From the NCBI GenBank assembly GCA_964106645.2, contig OZ067041.1: 64,000 bases of DNA. The stretch is one strand, 5' to 3'. The translations under genes and the position numbers were made by a program. The notes beneath the pieces are model-generated. The model saw only the letters and a program-made list of their open reading frames with translations. It had not been told where the DNA came from and made no database searches. This DNA comes from Podarcis pityusensis. Its lineage: Eukaryota. This document shows positions 35,701 through 47,619 of the stretch, one piece after another. Within the stretch, counting starts at the first letter, position 1, and each line of letters begins with the position of its first letter.

Positions 35701-36968
35701 GAAATACATTGGAAAACAAAAACAAACAACTCCTAAAAGTGCTTGTTATATAAGCTGTTGGTGCATGAAGGTGAATTTGGGTAGCCTGTGCATAATCTTG
35801 CAATAATTAACCATCCCGCCATTCTGTAACATTTATACTTAGCACTTCAAGCTACAAAACCATTTTACATATTGACCACCATTATGAACATTATGTCTAT
35901 ATACATAAACAAACCAACTTATCTGAACCCAAATTGGGACTCAGTGGTTCTTGGTATTTCCCCACAAGTAATCGAACTGAAGAGAGGTACAGCGCAATGG
36001 CCCCCATGCTGTGCAACAAGCATCAGATTAAAGATCTCAAATATCATGCCTATATGGTTGCATGAGTTAACGCATTAATAAAATGCAAATAAGGACGCTT
36101 GTAAAATTGGTAGCAGCTGATTCATCCATTACAGATTGGCCCTGATATGTGCAAATAATTGCTCATTCAACTGTTCTATTTGTGTGAGCAAATCGGCTGC
36201 CCAAGAAGCATGTGGGCATGGAGGATGCCAACAGAACCCTTTGATAGCAGGAAAGCTGCCACACAGGATGGTGTCCCAAATCTCTAGCATAACCCACATT
36301 TCTCTCAGCCACCTAATCTAAATTTGGAGTCTTTGAAAGAAAATGCTGCTCAACTACTGCATTCATATAAAAAGAGTGTGGTAATTCTTTGTAACCAAGT
36401 GATTGGAAGGAAAATATTTATTTATTTTGCACTGGTCTAGAAAACTAGTTACACACATACACATACCCCAACCACATAAAATTACATAATGCCAAGATTC
36501 TGCTTCTCTTTGAATCTTTTCCATCACTCCACTCCTCTGAAAACAAATCTTTCACTTCTAGTTATGTATGTTCTTTTCAGCCAAGGGCCCCATTAAGTAA
36601 TGTAACCCATATGCTTCTAACAACTCCAGTTGCTCTACTTGAGCAACAGCAAAGTTGAATTACAATCTCCAACTAGTATGTATAATATTTTGACCACTTT
36701 AAGGCAGGTTTTTATTGCAAGACATATAAGGTGAGAGAAAGGAATGGTGCTTAACCACAGCCAAAATACCAAGATTATGTATGTAATTTTTTTGTAAAAA
36801 AAGATTGAATTATTTGATACAGAATGTTAATCTCTCCCAAACTGCAAGTGTATAGGGAATAAGTGTTTAACAGGCAACAGTGCTTATATTTTTTTAAAGG
36901 AGGAATCTTACCGTTGCTAGCCCAATCCGTACCCAAATCAATTCTACGCTTACAATTTAAAGGTGTAC

Positions 36969-37046
36969 CTGTTCTTGAAGCCTGAAGTCTATGTAGCTTG
37001 ATTTGAGTTGAGCATTTGTTTCAGCATTTGTGCCAGGATGAGAAAC
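36969..37046 (-). CDS. REPS2: Probable additional REPS2 exon, VSHPGTNAETNAQLKSSYIDFRLQEQ
   Basis: 78 nt, gtgttgcag| ... CAG|gtacac, phase 0->0, open frame; SSYIDF resembles REPS1 PNFADF, which also follows the PPRP exon. Confidence 0.7.
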
Positions 37047-38060
37047 CTGCAACACAGGACAAGCTTTTAGTTGTGATATATTAGGTGGCAAGAATGTCCA
37101 GAATAATATTAATTAATTAGAGAAAATCTAGCCAACTCTACATCATATGATCCCAGGGTGGTTTATGACACAATAAAAAAAGTAAAACACTAGAATGAAT
37201 CCAATTTGCCACAACTTATAAAAACAGGCAAAAATACAACATATCCTTAAGCATCATGGTCACCTCACTTATGAGTGATGGAATTCTGAATGCAGTTTTA
37301 AGGCAGAAAACAGAGCTAAAATGATAAAACTAGAGAACTAGAACTTGCAGATCAAAAATCTACTCAGCAAAGTGAACAACTTGTACTACATTATATCACA
37401 TTCAAAAGAACCTGCACAAGTTTATCACTGAGTTGATCTAAATCCCAAACTCCATCCACACTACAAAACAAAATCCGGGTCAAGTAAGCCAAGAAGCTAC
37501 TCTGAAGCCTGCTGTGATGCCATGCCTGCTTTCTGCAGGGATCAGCTGAACTACTACTTGGTTGTGCAGGTGATCCAACAGGCTTGATATTACCATCTAT
37601 CATTTGACAGGGGATAACTCCAAGCCGGCTTTCTGGAGGAACAGGCTGTATGACTGAATTCTTTGGGTGCACAGCTGATTCCTGAAGAAAGCAGGTACCG
37701 AGTTGCCACCTACTTGGGTGGTGACTCAAAGCCCACTGTCGTTTCCTATGCCCTGCTTCCCAACAAGCTAGCTCCGACACTGACTGTAAGCCTCTCATGC
37801 CAGTGCATAATTGGGGATGTACTTTAAGGCTCCTGGTTATTCACTGGCAGCTGTGTCTCTACCTGCCTCACACCTGGCGTCATGTATGATGTCAGTGTGC
37901 AGCAGGCGGAATGGTTTGGGAGAAATGGTCCCAAGGCCCAAATTGAGACCTGTGCCAGGAAACATTGCTCTTTGCCTTTCTGGAGACTCTGCCAATGGCC
38001 ACTGCTCCTTTTAAAGACAACACTAAGCCCAATATTCTCATGCTGAAGTTTTATACGTAC

Positions 38061-38122
38061 CTGTGTTACAAAAGGCCGAGGAGGTAGAGCAGGTGGTGGC
38101 AGTGGTAGCCAACCCGCCCGAA
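38061..38122 (-). CDS. REPS2: REPS2 exon, VRAGWLPLPPPALPPRPFVTQ
   Basis: 62 nt, tttctgcag| ... |gtacgt, phase 1->0; PPALPPRP SH3-ligand motif. Confidence 0.96.
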
Positions 38123-39699
38123 CTGCAGAAACAAAAACACAAAACAGAAGGAGATAAACAAATGAATGAACGCAAGCTAGAACTAAACAAATCTATTAGC
38201 ACTATTTGATTTTCTAAAAACTCAGATCAATTTAAGAAAACACACTTCAAGTGAACCTATCACCACTATCTTCTATGACCTCACAGAGACATCTCTATTC
38301 AGAATAAACATGACAAATACCGTCAATGCCGATGCAATTAACAAATTTCAGTGAAAGATACAGAGCTCGGTACATGAGAGTTAAACTCCCCTTGAGTTTT
38401 CTGTTCTTTGTCACAAACACTCTTGCCTTTAAAAAGTGAAGCAATATTCTAACATGGACATTAGAGAGCATTCAAAATAAAATGCGATGATGTGAAAAAG
38501 TGGAGTTGTACAGAAAACATCTGTGCATGGAATTAGATGTTCTGGCACTTGGATGAGCTAGTTGTAGCTTTTAAATATTTTTGGCAGGAGCTGAAGAGGG
38601 AAGAGACCAAACAAGTCAGTTTAGGGCTTTATGGTAACATAATATAATTCAGTCTTCTACTCTGAGCCAGAAATCTGAGATGCTAACACCCATGATGGGA
38701 CCATCTATTATACTTCCCAATCTGGCTTCAGTTAAATCCATAAACCTTTAGAGGCCAGAACTGCAGAGAAGACAAGGCTTTGTGAAGCAATTATAATGAC
38801 ACATAGATTATACGTACACATGAAGCACGACTGAAGAATCTCTTGATAGTTAACCTTCTAGCAACCCCTTATAACTGCTGATCCTTTTTAGCAAACACAA
38901 TTTGAAAAGATACTTAGCAACCTCTTTTGTGTTTGTTATTTGGACATTTAAAATTCTAGCACTAAAGTCACACCACGAGAATGCTACATAGATAAATGTA
39001 TCCTAAGCTATGTATCTTACTGCACATGCATTTTTTTAAGTATACCAAATCTTAACCATGTTCTCATTTTTAAACTTATTTGGGCAGGAATATTTATAAA
39101 GCATATGGGAATAATAGAAACTTATGCATTTTAAGATTTATAGGAAAATAGTGAATGCTGGCCAAGGGTATGTGTAACAAACAAAGAAAAGGAATAAATG
39201 AGAATATTGAAGTCTGTTAATGTCTGGTGACATGCTGAAACCCAAACACCAAGGTAGTGAGCTATTAGAATTCAGGTAACGTTAACCATAAAACCGACAA
39301 ACACATCTGTAGGATGAAAAAAAGTCAAACTGCAGTCATCAAATGTAAGAAAAAACATGTATTATGTTAATGATATTTCCCCCTCCCCATTTAGCCAGTT
39401 TTTATTTTAATTTATCTAAAATATTTATATCTCACTTTTCCACATGTGTGTTTAAGGCCGCTCATGTTTTTGGAGTGAAAAATCATATGAATGTTCAAAC
39501 CAAAGGTTATGGCGAGAAATGTGTTCTCTGCTTAAGGTTACGGAAAAGAACAGTCCAGCTGGATCAGGCCAAATGCCCATCCAGTTCAACATCCTTTTCT
39601 CACAGCTTGATACCTATGAAAAGCCTGCACACAGGCTTCAATTAATGTATATATAGGAATCATTTTTCTGTTTAGCATTCCCATGACATTACCTTAATA

Positions 39700-39788
39700 C
39701 TAGAATTTTAAATGTTGAAACAACAAACACTAGAATTGAAATGTTGCAACAGCAAATGCTAGAATTTTAAATGTTGAAACAACAAACA
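39700..39788. repeat. Three-copy ~30-bp tandem repeat
   Basis: ctagaattttaaatgttgaaacaacaaaca / ctagaattgaaatgttgcaacagcaaatg / ctagaattttaaatgttgaaacaacaaaca. Confidence 0.9.
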
Positions 39789-39829
39789 CAAAAGGTTACT
39801 CAGTTCTGAAATAGACTTCAGAATGGCAT

Positions 39830-40068
39830 CATTCATTCATTCATTTCATATACCACCCTTTGTCTGTAGATCTCAAGGCAGTTCACAGCATAAAAATACA
39901 AGATAAAAACACAAAATGCATAATAAAAACAAAACAAGCCAATAACCCCCCCCCTCCTCCCACAAACACAATTAAAAGTATGTAAGATGTTAGTCAACCA
40001 AAAAGGCCTGGTTGAAGAGGAAGATTTTCACGTGGCACCTAAAGGTGTATCATGAAGGTGCAGATGAA
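39830..40068 (-). mobile_element. L2 LINE 3' end; related shorter copy at ~50378-50505
   Basis: (ATTC)n tail, taccaccct...gatctcaaggcagttcaca...aaggcctggttgaagagg. Confidence 0.7.
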
Positions 40069-40129
40069 CTGCCAGGCAAACTCAATACTTGTTCAAGCTC
40101 AAGGGTATCACATCGGCCAGTTTTAAGTA

Positions 40130-40370
40130 CAGTGGCACCTCCAGTTACAAATGCCTCAGGTTACAAACGCTTCAGGTTACAAACTCCCACAACTTGTAAG
40201 AGTTACCTTGAGTCGAGAACTTTGCCCCAGGATGAGAACGGAAATCGTGTGCTGGCAGCGCAGCAGCAGCAAGAGGCCCCATTAGCGAAAGCACACCTCT
40301 AGTTAAGAACAGTTTCAGGTTAAGAACAGACCTCCAGAACGAATTCAATTTGTAACTAGAGGTACCACTG
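40130..40370. mobile_element. Tc1/mariner (Tigger-like) MITE
   Basis: TA TSD; TIRs cagtggcacctccagttacaaat / atttgtaactagaggtaccactg. Confidence 0.9.
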
Positions 40371-43300
40371 TACATAAAACATTTAACTTGTTTCAGCAGA
40401 ACATCAACCTAGGTACAACTTATAATTTTCCAAGTGCACTACGAGGCAACCTTAGACGTCTCCAGTTAAAATAAACTCAGTCACTGATTCTTAGGGAATG
40501 GTCAGTGTGGTTTAGATTTCAACATTTGGAACTTTGTGCTACAAAGTTTGGATTGCTTTTCATATCAAAAGAGGCATTTTTGTAGCATTTCCAGCTTGAG
40601 AGACCGACATAACCATGCAATTAGCAATTGGATGGATAGCTTCTTAATAGTAAATAACTTGCTTACTTATCCCAATGAAAGTATCAAATGTGACTGCCCT
40701 AATTCAGGGTTTCTTGTATAAGATTTTTAAATTAAACTGATGGCTATGCAAGAAAGTAGATTTGCCCCTGAATTTCACTTCTGTGTTTCTTGTATCCCTT
40801 AAAGTGCATCCTTAGACCGCTACTAAATAGTTCCTCCCCCCCTCCAAGAGTTGCAAGGGTTGTACATATTTGGGAATGACTGTTTTCACATTTTAATCTT
40901 TCCTCTATAGGAAAGCCTTTCCGATAATTCTTCACACTATTATCCAATTACTCCTGATACCAATTCCCCACCGATAAAACCATTTTCTTACACATCACCA
41001 CCCTTCTCTGCTGGAAAACCTTATTCCCACCCTTCTCTACACGCAGGTGGAACTGACAACCACTAAGGAAAGCCTTTTAAATTTCACTGCCAGCCTGATG
41101 TCGGTGGTGATGTTTATTTCTTTCAAAAGGTTGTGTGTGTGTTCCTCCTCATGCATGCTGAGGATTCCACAGATTAGTACTTTTATTAATACTTGTTTTA
41201 TCTTTTGATGTTGCCTTTTATTTTGTATTGTGTATATTTTACAATTGTCAGTTGCTTTGAGATATTTTCTGCAGAAAGTGGAGGATAAATACAATAAATA
41301 ATAATGCAGGGTACAGGACAGCAGCCCCCACACAGCGACTCCTCTCCAGAGGATATCTGCCAGATATCTGCACAGGCCTAGCCCAGGTGCATGTTGCCAG
41401 GACAGAAGTGTGTGACCCTAATCATCATGTGAACCTTCTTCATGTATGTAATGTATGAAAGGGTCTTATATGCATCAGATATTCATTACAGACACCATGG
41501 GAAAACAGGTGTGATCAGCCTTCTCTTTGTAGCACCCTTGTATTTAATTTGTCAACTGGGAAAATTATTTGTTTATTAAATTTGTATCCCACCCTTTCTC
41601 CCAAAGGAGCCCAGGGTGGCAAACACAAAAGTGATAAAACAAAAAATAAAAATAAAGAACAATATAAGGACATACATAAAGCACTTAAAAAACGTGCAGC
41701 CACCAATCACATAACAGGGTGCAATGATCAGAGCTGTGGAGAATGTGAGAAGAGCTCAGTAGGGGAAGCAGCATCACTATGGTCTCCTCTTACTTTATCA
41801 CAGAAACAAAATTGTATTGGGTATACATTGGGTATACATATAGTTGTGGGTTATACCTGTATTTGGCTGGTGATTGGGAAGAAATGGGTATGCTAAGAAA
41901 AAAAATCCAGCGTATATTGTGCACATAGCTGGAGGTGAAAGGTAACTCTTTAAACAGCAACATAGAAACCCTGCCAATCTTGAATTAGCCAATCCCCAAA
42001 TTCTTCTAGGTTGCATAAAGAGTGGAGTGGCAGAATATTTGATTAAAATAATAAAACTGGGTTCTAGTCCTGGAAAAGTTGGAGGCTACAGCATATGCAA
42101 CCTGGGTATATATTGCAGTCATGTCATGTTATCCTTACAGCTAGACAAAAAGTCAAAGGATGTATCACACATCAGATATCTCTTACACAGAGTTTCCAGA
42201 GTAGACTTGAGTCCATGGAAATGTAAGTAATAATGATATGGGTTAGTCTTTAGGTGACACAAGATTATTTGTTGCAAAACAGACATTCCTGTGCTGGAAT
42301 TCACAAAGCCCATGTGTAGAGGAACATTTGGTCCTCCAGATGTTGCTGAACTACAACTCCCATCATCCCTGGCCATTATCCCACAGTTGCTGGGACTGAT
42401 GGGAGTAATCACGAGTGTGTGTTAAGTCTGTGTTCATAAAATGTATATAGGTATATAGGTCAGGAAGTTCCCCAGATCTTCCCAGTGTGCATACAGAGAC
42501 TGAAAGTGAAGCAACATCACAAATGAATCCATCATGTTGCAATCTAAAAACAGGTTTCATAATCAGTCCTGCATTCTTTCAGTGAAGGTGCTCTGAAATG
42601 CATTTAGCAGCACCTAAATGAGAAACTAGTTACTTTGAACTATGTGTTGCCAATAATCCATAGTTTTTCTTTATATCTTGAATTCAATTTCTTCTGAAAA
42701 CTCCATTTTTGACCACAACAGGATTACAAAAAGTGTTCATTTGCTGTCCTTTTATTAAACTTGCTGTAAAGCCACTGCAAATATTTATTGTGTGTTCATG
42801 TCCTGACCCTTATCACTGCCATCTGTGGGGTCAGGTAAATCCCCATGGAGAAATAGCAAATTGTATTAAAAGGAAATAATAAACTGGGGCTTCTTCCAAG
42901 CAAGGGTTTCATGTGCAGTATCTTTTCAGCACCGCCAAAGGTACAGAATGCAGTTCATTTCAGAACATTAAGTTGTTTCTCTCACAACAGGATATATATA
43001 TGCGCTACATCTTGTTCAGCTTAGGAAAATATGCTGTATCTGGGCATTCAGCATTCTAGGCAAGCAAAATGCTCAGACCAGGCATGTTTGACCCAGTTTC
43101 CTGCTTTTTTTTAATCCTAAAATTCTAACTTAAGCTATTCATGAAATATTCATAAAATCCTGCTGTTTCAGAATATCTCTGACCTGTTTGAAAGTAGTAT
43201 GCTTATGTGAGCACTATTCCCAGGCACAATCCAGAGTTCTTAGAACAGAGCATCAGCAAAAATCTCTTCCGAAGCAGGACAGCAGTGTGTGTGTGTGTGT

Positions 43301-43623
43301 ATGAGTCAGAGAGAAAGCAAGCAAATATGCACATGCATGTGAATGTGAATGTATTTCTATATATTATAATATATATGCAGTAGACAAGCAAGTATAGTGG
43401 CATGCTAGATTTGTCACTGTTGGGTTCTGCTTGTTAGAGACAGTAATGGCATGTGTGCATGCATTTAGGAACTGAACTCATTCTCAACTGAATAAAATCT
43501 GAAAGTCAAACTCTAAAAATATTCAGAACAGAGGCTGTGGCTTTCAATTTTTATGCAAATGAAAATACATCCCAAACAATGCAGATTGTACATTTTGTTT
43601 TATGGAGAAACTACTGTATTAGA

Positions 43624-43986
43624 GGAAGGGACACGGGTGGCGCTGTGGGTAAAAGCCTCAGCGCCTAGGACTTGCCGATCGAAAGGTCGGCGGTTCGAAT
43701 CCCCGCGGTGGGGTGCGCTCCCGTCGCTCGGTCCCAGCGCCTGCCAACCTAGCAGTTCGAAAGCACCCTCGGGTGCAAGTAGATAAATAGGGACTGCTTA
43801 CTAGCGGGAAGATAAACGGTGTTCCGTGTGCTGCGCTGGCTCGCCAGATGCAGCTTGTCACGCTGGCCACGTGACCCGGAAGTGTCTGCGGACAGTGCTG
43901 GCCCCCGGCCTCTTAAGCGAGATGGGCGCGCAACCCTAGAGTCTGTCAAGACTGGCCCGTACGGGCAGGGGTACCTTTACCTTTAC
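43624..43986 (+). mobile_element. Full-length Sauria SINE (tRNA-related head, BovB/RTE-like tail), young copy
   Basis: A-box/B-box head (ggtggcgctgtgg ... ggttcgaatccc), (ACCTTT)n tail, CpG-rich, 12-bp TSD tactgtattaga at 43612-43623 and 43984-43995. Confidence 0.93.
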
Positions 43987-44993
43987 TGTATTAGAACTCT
44001 TGCTTATTTATGCTCACTTGGGGCCACTTCCATGTGGATATCAAAGACGGGTATGTAATCCAGCGGCTTAAATTCCACAAAAAAGATGTAATAAGCATAA
44101 CAGACATTTCTGTTTCTATGAGAAGTGCCATGGAAGTAGGTGGACATCTTGAAGCATGCTAAATTTCTGGAAATGCTTGCTACATTTTTATGTAACTTTA
44201 GGGCTCTGTAGTCTAAGTGTAGTTAGCAATAAAAATTCCATAGTGCAGTATATAATCATCTTAAGTCCAAAGTGCTTTATATAAAGAACAGGAGGGGGAG
44301 AAGGGTCAAAAATGGAAAGAGCAATGGCGCAACACACCTGCAGCTGGTGCTAGAAAGTACTGATTCATAATTTCTACAAACAAGTTAAGATCTTCCTTTG
44401 ATCTTACATAAATGCACACACATAGAAACAATTCAGTTCAGCACTACACACAGAGAGAAGAGAGCACATCACAGCACATCCTGCCAATATAATCTAAACC
44501 CCATGGCCTTCATATCAAGATTGTGGAAAATAGATATTCAACAACAATCCAGAAATTGAGTCTGTTTTTTAAAATTATTATTTTTTGCATTTGGGGCTGT
44601 GAAGATCTCCAGGGGATTCCCTTAAAGGGACATGACTGCCCCTTTAAGAAGTTCCCAATGCAACTCTACAGGGCAACTCAGTCAGTACAGCCCATGACAG
44701 GGAGCCGCTGTTATCACCAAGGCCTAATGAAGAGCTCTTGGAGCTCATGGGCTTCAATAGCCCTGAGAGGATAAAGGCTGGCTTGCTGGAGAAGGAAAGA
44801 GAGAGCCAGAGACCCAAGGAATCTCCATCTCTTGGCTTCTTCCCCTGGCAGCAGGGAGGTACAGGGGGCACTGATAAGAGGCTTCCCTTACGACTCCAAG
44901 CTGGGGAGAGGATACTGTGAGACTGGGATACTGTGTGACCTTAGAATGCCCTAAGAAAATGCCAGCATAACTGCTGGAGCTACCATTGTTCAA

Positions 44994-44994
<1 letters not shown>

Positions 44995-45036
<42 letters not shown>
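44995..45036. repeat. (AAT)n microsatellite, tail of the adjacent L2
   Basis: Read directly. Confidence 0.95.
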
Positions 45037-45368
45037 TTATTATTTATACCCAACAAAAGATTAAAAATACATTAAAACATCAGTCATTTAAAACTTCCCT
45101 AAACAGGGCTGCCTTCAGATGTTCTTCTAAACGTCAGATAGTTGTTTCTTTCTCAACATCTGCTGGGAGGGCGTTCCACAGGGTGAGTGCCACTACCGAG
45201 AAGGCCCTCTGCCTGGTTCCTTGTAACTTCGCTTCTCGCAGTGAGGGAACCGCCAGAAGGCCCTCGCCGCTGGACCTCAATGTCCGGGCTGAATGATGGG
45301 GGCCGCGACTGTTTAGGGCTTTAAAGGTCAGCACCAACACTTTGAATTGTGCTCAGAAATGTACGGGG
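45035..45368 (-). mobile_element. L2 LINE 3' fragment with internal deletions and (AAT)n tail
   Basis: LVLTFKALN...RTLRSSGEGLLAVP...RAFSVVALTLWNALP, the C-terminus of L2 ORF2. Confidence 0.9.
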
Positions 45369-45369
45369 A

Positions 45370-45895
45370 GACATTGTCAGAAAGCCAAAGAGTATTGGGA
45401 GATGATATACTCAGAATTAAAAAAGATGTTAAGGGGCTCGTTTCCCAAGAAACCAGAGATGTTCTTATTGGGTATAGTAGAGGGGAAAATACCCAAGAAA
45501 GTACTTAGTCTTTTCCTTTATGTAATAACAGCAGTGAGAATAATTTATGCCCCAAAGTGGAAGGACAAAAATAGATTGGCAGAATAAGCTAATAGGATAC
45601 GCAGAGCTAGCAATGTTGACTGAAAAGATAACAAATCAGGATGAGTCCAATATAAAAGAAGCGTGGGAATACTTTTGGGAATATTTAAAGAAATATAACA
45701 ATCAGATAAACTTCCAAGTGGGATTAGATATATGAGCAGCAGTTAAAAATAAGCAGAAGATGGGTGGCAATTAAGGAGATGCAGCTTAACAAGGACTAAA
45801 TAAGACCCCACAGAGGGATGTGTGTGGAAGTCAAGTGTGTGGAGTGTAAGATTAACGATGGCAATTGTATAATTGATGTACTAAGATATGTAAAA
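45370..45895 (+). mobile_element. L1/Tx1-clade LINE ORF2 C-terminus and 3'UTR fragment
   Basis: CQKAKEYWEMIYSELKKML...KKPEMFLLGI...AVRIIYAPKWK, frameshift, then WQNKLIGYAELAMLT...W. Confidence 0.8.
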
Positions 45896-45901
45896 TACAT
45901 A

Positions 45902-46055
45902 CCGTATTTTTCCGTCTATAAGATGCCCCCATGTATAAGACGCCCCTATTTTGGGGGACTCAGATTAAGAAAATGGGAGGAGATGTATAAGATGCTCCCT
46001 AATTTTTGACTTTTTTAAAGGGGAAAGACCTAGTCTTATACACGGAAAAATATGG
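45902..46055. mobile_element. pogo/Tigger-like MITE
   Basis: TA TSD; TIRs ccgtatttttccgtctataaga / tcttatacacggaaaaatatgg. Confidence 0.88.
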
Positions 46056-47510
46056 TAATTATTAGTTGTTGTTTTTTTAAAAAAGCTTGCATTTCCCTGT
46101 CTTGTTTTCAATGGTGGCTCACATTTGAGCATATTCCTCCATGGACCAAGAAGCATTCAATGTGTCACTCCTTCAGGGGCTCTGCTAGGAAAGGGGCTAT
46201 TAGATGAATATTAAACCCCAATATCTGCATGGAAACTTCCTGCAACAACCTTGGATTCTCGTGTTTATTATTTAATCTACACTTCTAGTACGTGAAATTA
46301 CAAACTCCTTAATACTTGTTTAAATCAGGTCAATTTGAAAGGACACGATCTTTGTTAAAATTCCAGTATGCCAAGATTATCACTGAGGTACCCTTTCAAT
46401 TTTGAATTACCCCTTCTGATTGGAAAAAAACTGGTAAGGCAAAATATTTTGCTTCTCTTTCATCAATGCCAGTCTATAAGTAAGTTCCTGTATTCTACTG
46501 TTTAAAGCTCTGCTTTACTACTTTCTTCAAGCATCCAGCTCCAAATACATAGTTTGTGACTGTGTTAAAATTTAATTACCTAGCTCCAGATTCTGAAGCA
46601 GGAGTGTACGGCTCTACTCATTTATTCAGGACTTGTACAAGTTTTTCAGGGGGGAAAGGTGCCCTTTCATCCACAGCCTGCTGTCATAAAGCAACTTGAA
46701 TAGAATAGTACATTTAACATGAATAGGAATTCATGATTTACAGGTGGAACCTTTGTATGACTTTTCCCTGTAATTATAGAAGGCTAAGGAAAAACCCCAG
46801 ATGCCTACTCAGTTCCTATTTCACATGCATTTGTGGGCTTTCTGAATAATACAACCCTAAATGCAGAGCTATATGACAGAAGACTACATAGCAATGTGTA
46901 TAGGATCTAAATGCTCTGATTCTGCTTATATTTTACATAACCCATTTAATTTATGTGGCTTCATCACAGTTTGATGAAGATTTAAATTATACTAAGCATG
47001 CATAGCCGGCAGAAGATTGTACCAGTATCTTAAATTTAAGCAATACCTTAACTGTTCTGTGGGTGGGCTTTGTTGGTTTTTATCCAGCCATATAAAACTT
47101 GAAAGACTAGTCTGAGTTGCCACCTTTCTTAATTTAATGTACTGATCAGACTATTAAACACAGCATGATTAAAAGGAACACAGCATAGGAAATGCAGCAT
47201 GAGGCAAATTGCTGGCACACACCAGCTCTTCTGTTAAGGAATTAAGCAGCCATTTGCACAGTCTGTAGCAGAAGGAGCAGTACAAAGCTGGCCAGGTGGA
47301 AGAAGTCCTGGAACCCGAAATGTTCAGTATGCAAAGCAGAGACACAGAAGGCAGCATGATGAATTGTTGAGAGATGCTTTTTTGGGTCACTGCATCATAA
47401 TGAAAACATATCACAGTGCTGCGGTCTCCACTATTACCAAAGATAGTTGGATGTGTATGCATCTATAAAATTATATATGCAAACATATAAATACACACAT
47501 CAAACCTTTT

Positions 47511-47619
47511 GGATCATTTAGTCCAACCCCCTGCAATGAAGGAATCTTTCACTCAACATGGGGCTCAAACCCACAACCCTGAGATTAAGAGTCTCACGCT
47601 CTACTGGCTGAGTTATCCC
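47511..47619 (-). mobile_element. SINE with tRNA-Lys(CTT)-like head and CR1-like tail, tail truncated
   Basis: Head ...gtagagcgtgagactcttaatctcagggttgtgggtttgagccccatgttg; tail cattgcagggggttggactaaatgatcc. Confidence 0.85.

Noticed and set aside
37391-38014. GC-richer island with ORFs (similar ones at 44610-44940, 7260-7900 and 56630-57140)
   Set aside because: Probably old LTR or other repeat remnants. Termini and TSDs could not be defined and no coding motifs were seen, so they are not called.
39700-39788. CRISPR-like ~30-bp repeats
   Set aside because: No spacers, no cas genes, vertebrate intron.
47545-47619. tRNA-Lys, tRNA-Ile (20280-20350) and tRNA-Ala (15330-15399) look-alikes
   Set aside because: Mutated stems and boxes, and each runs into a LINE-like tail, so these are SINE heads rather than tRNA genes.
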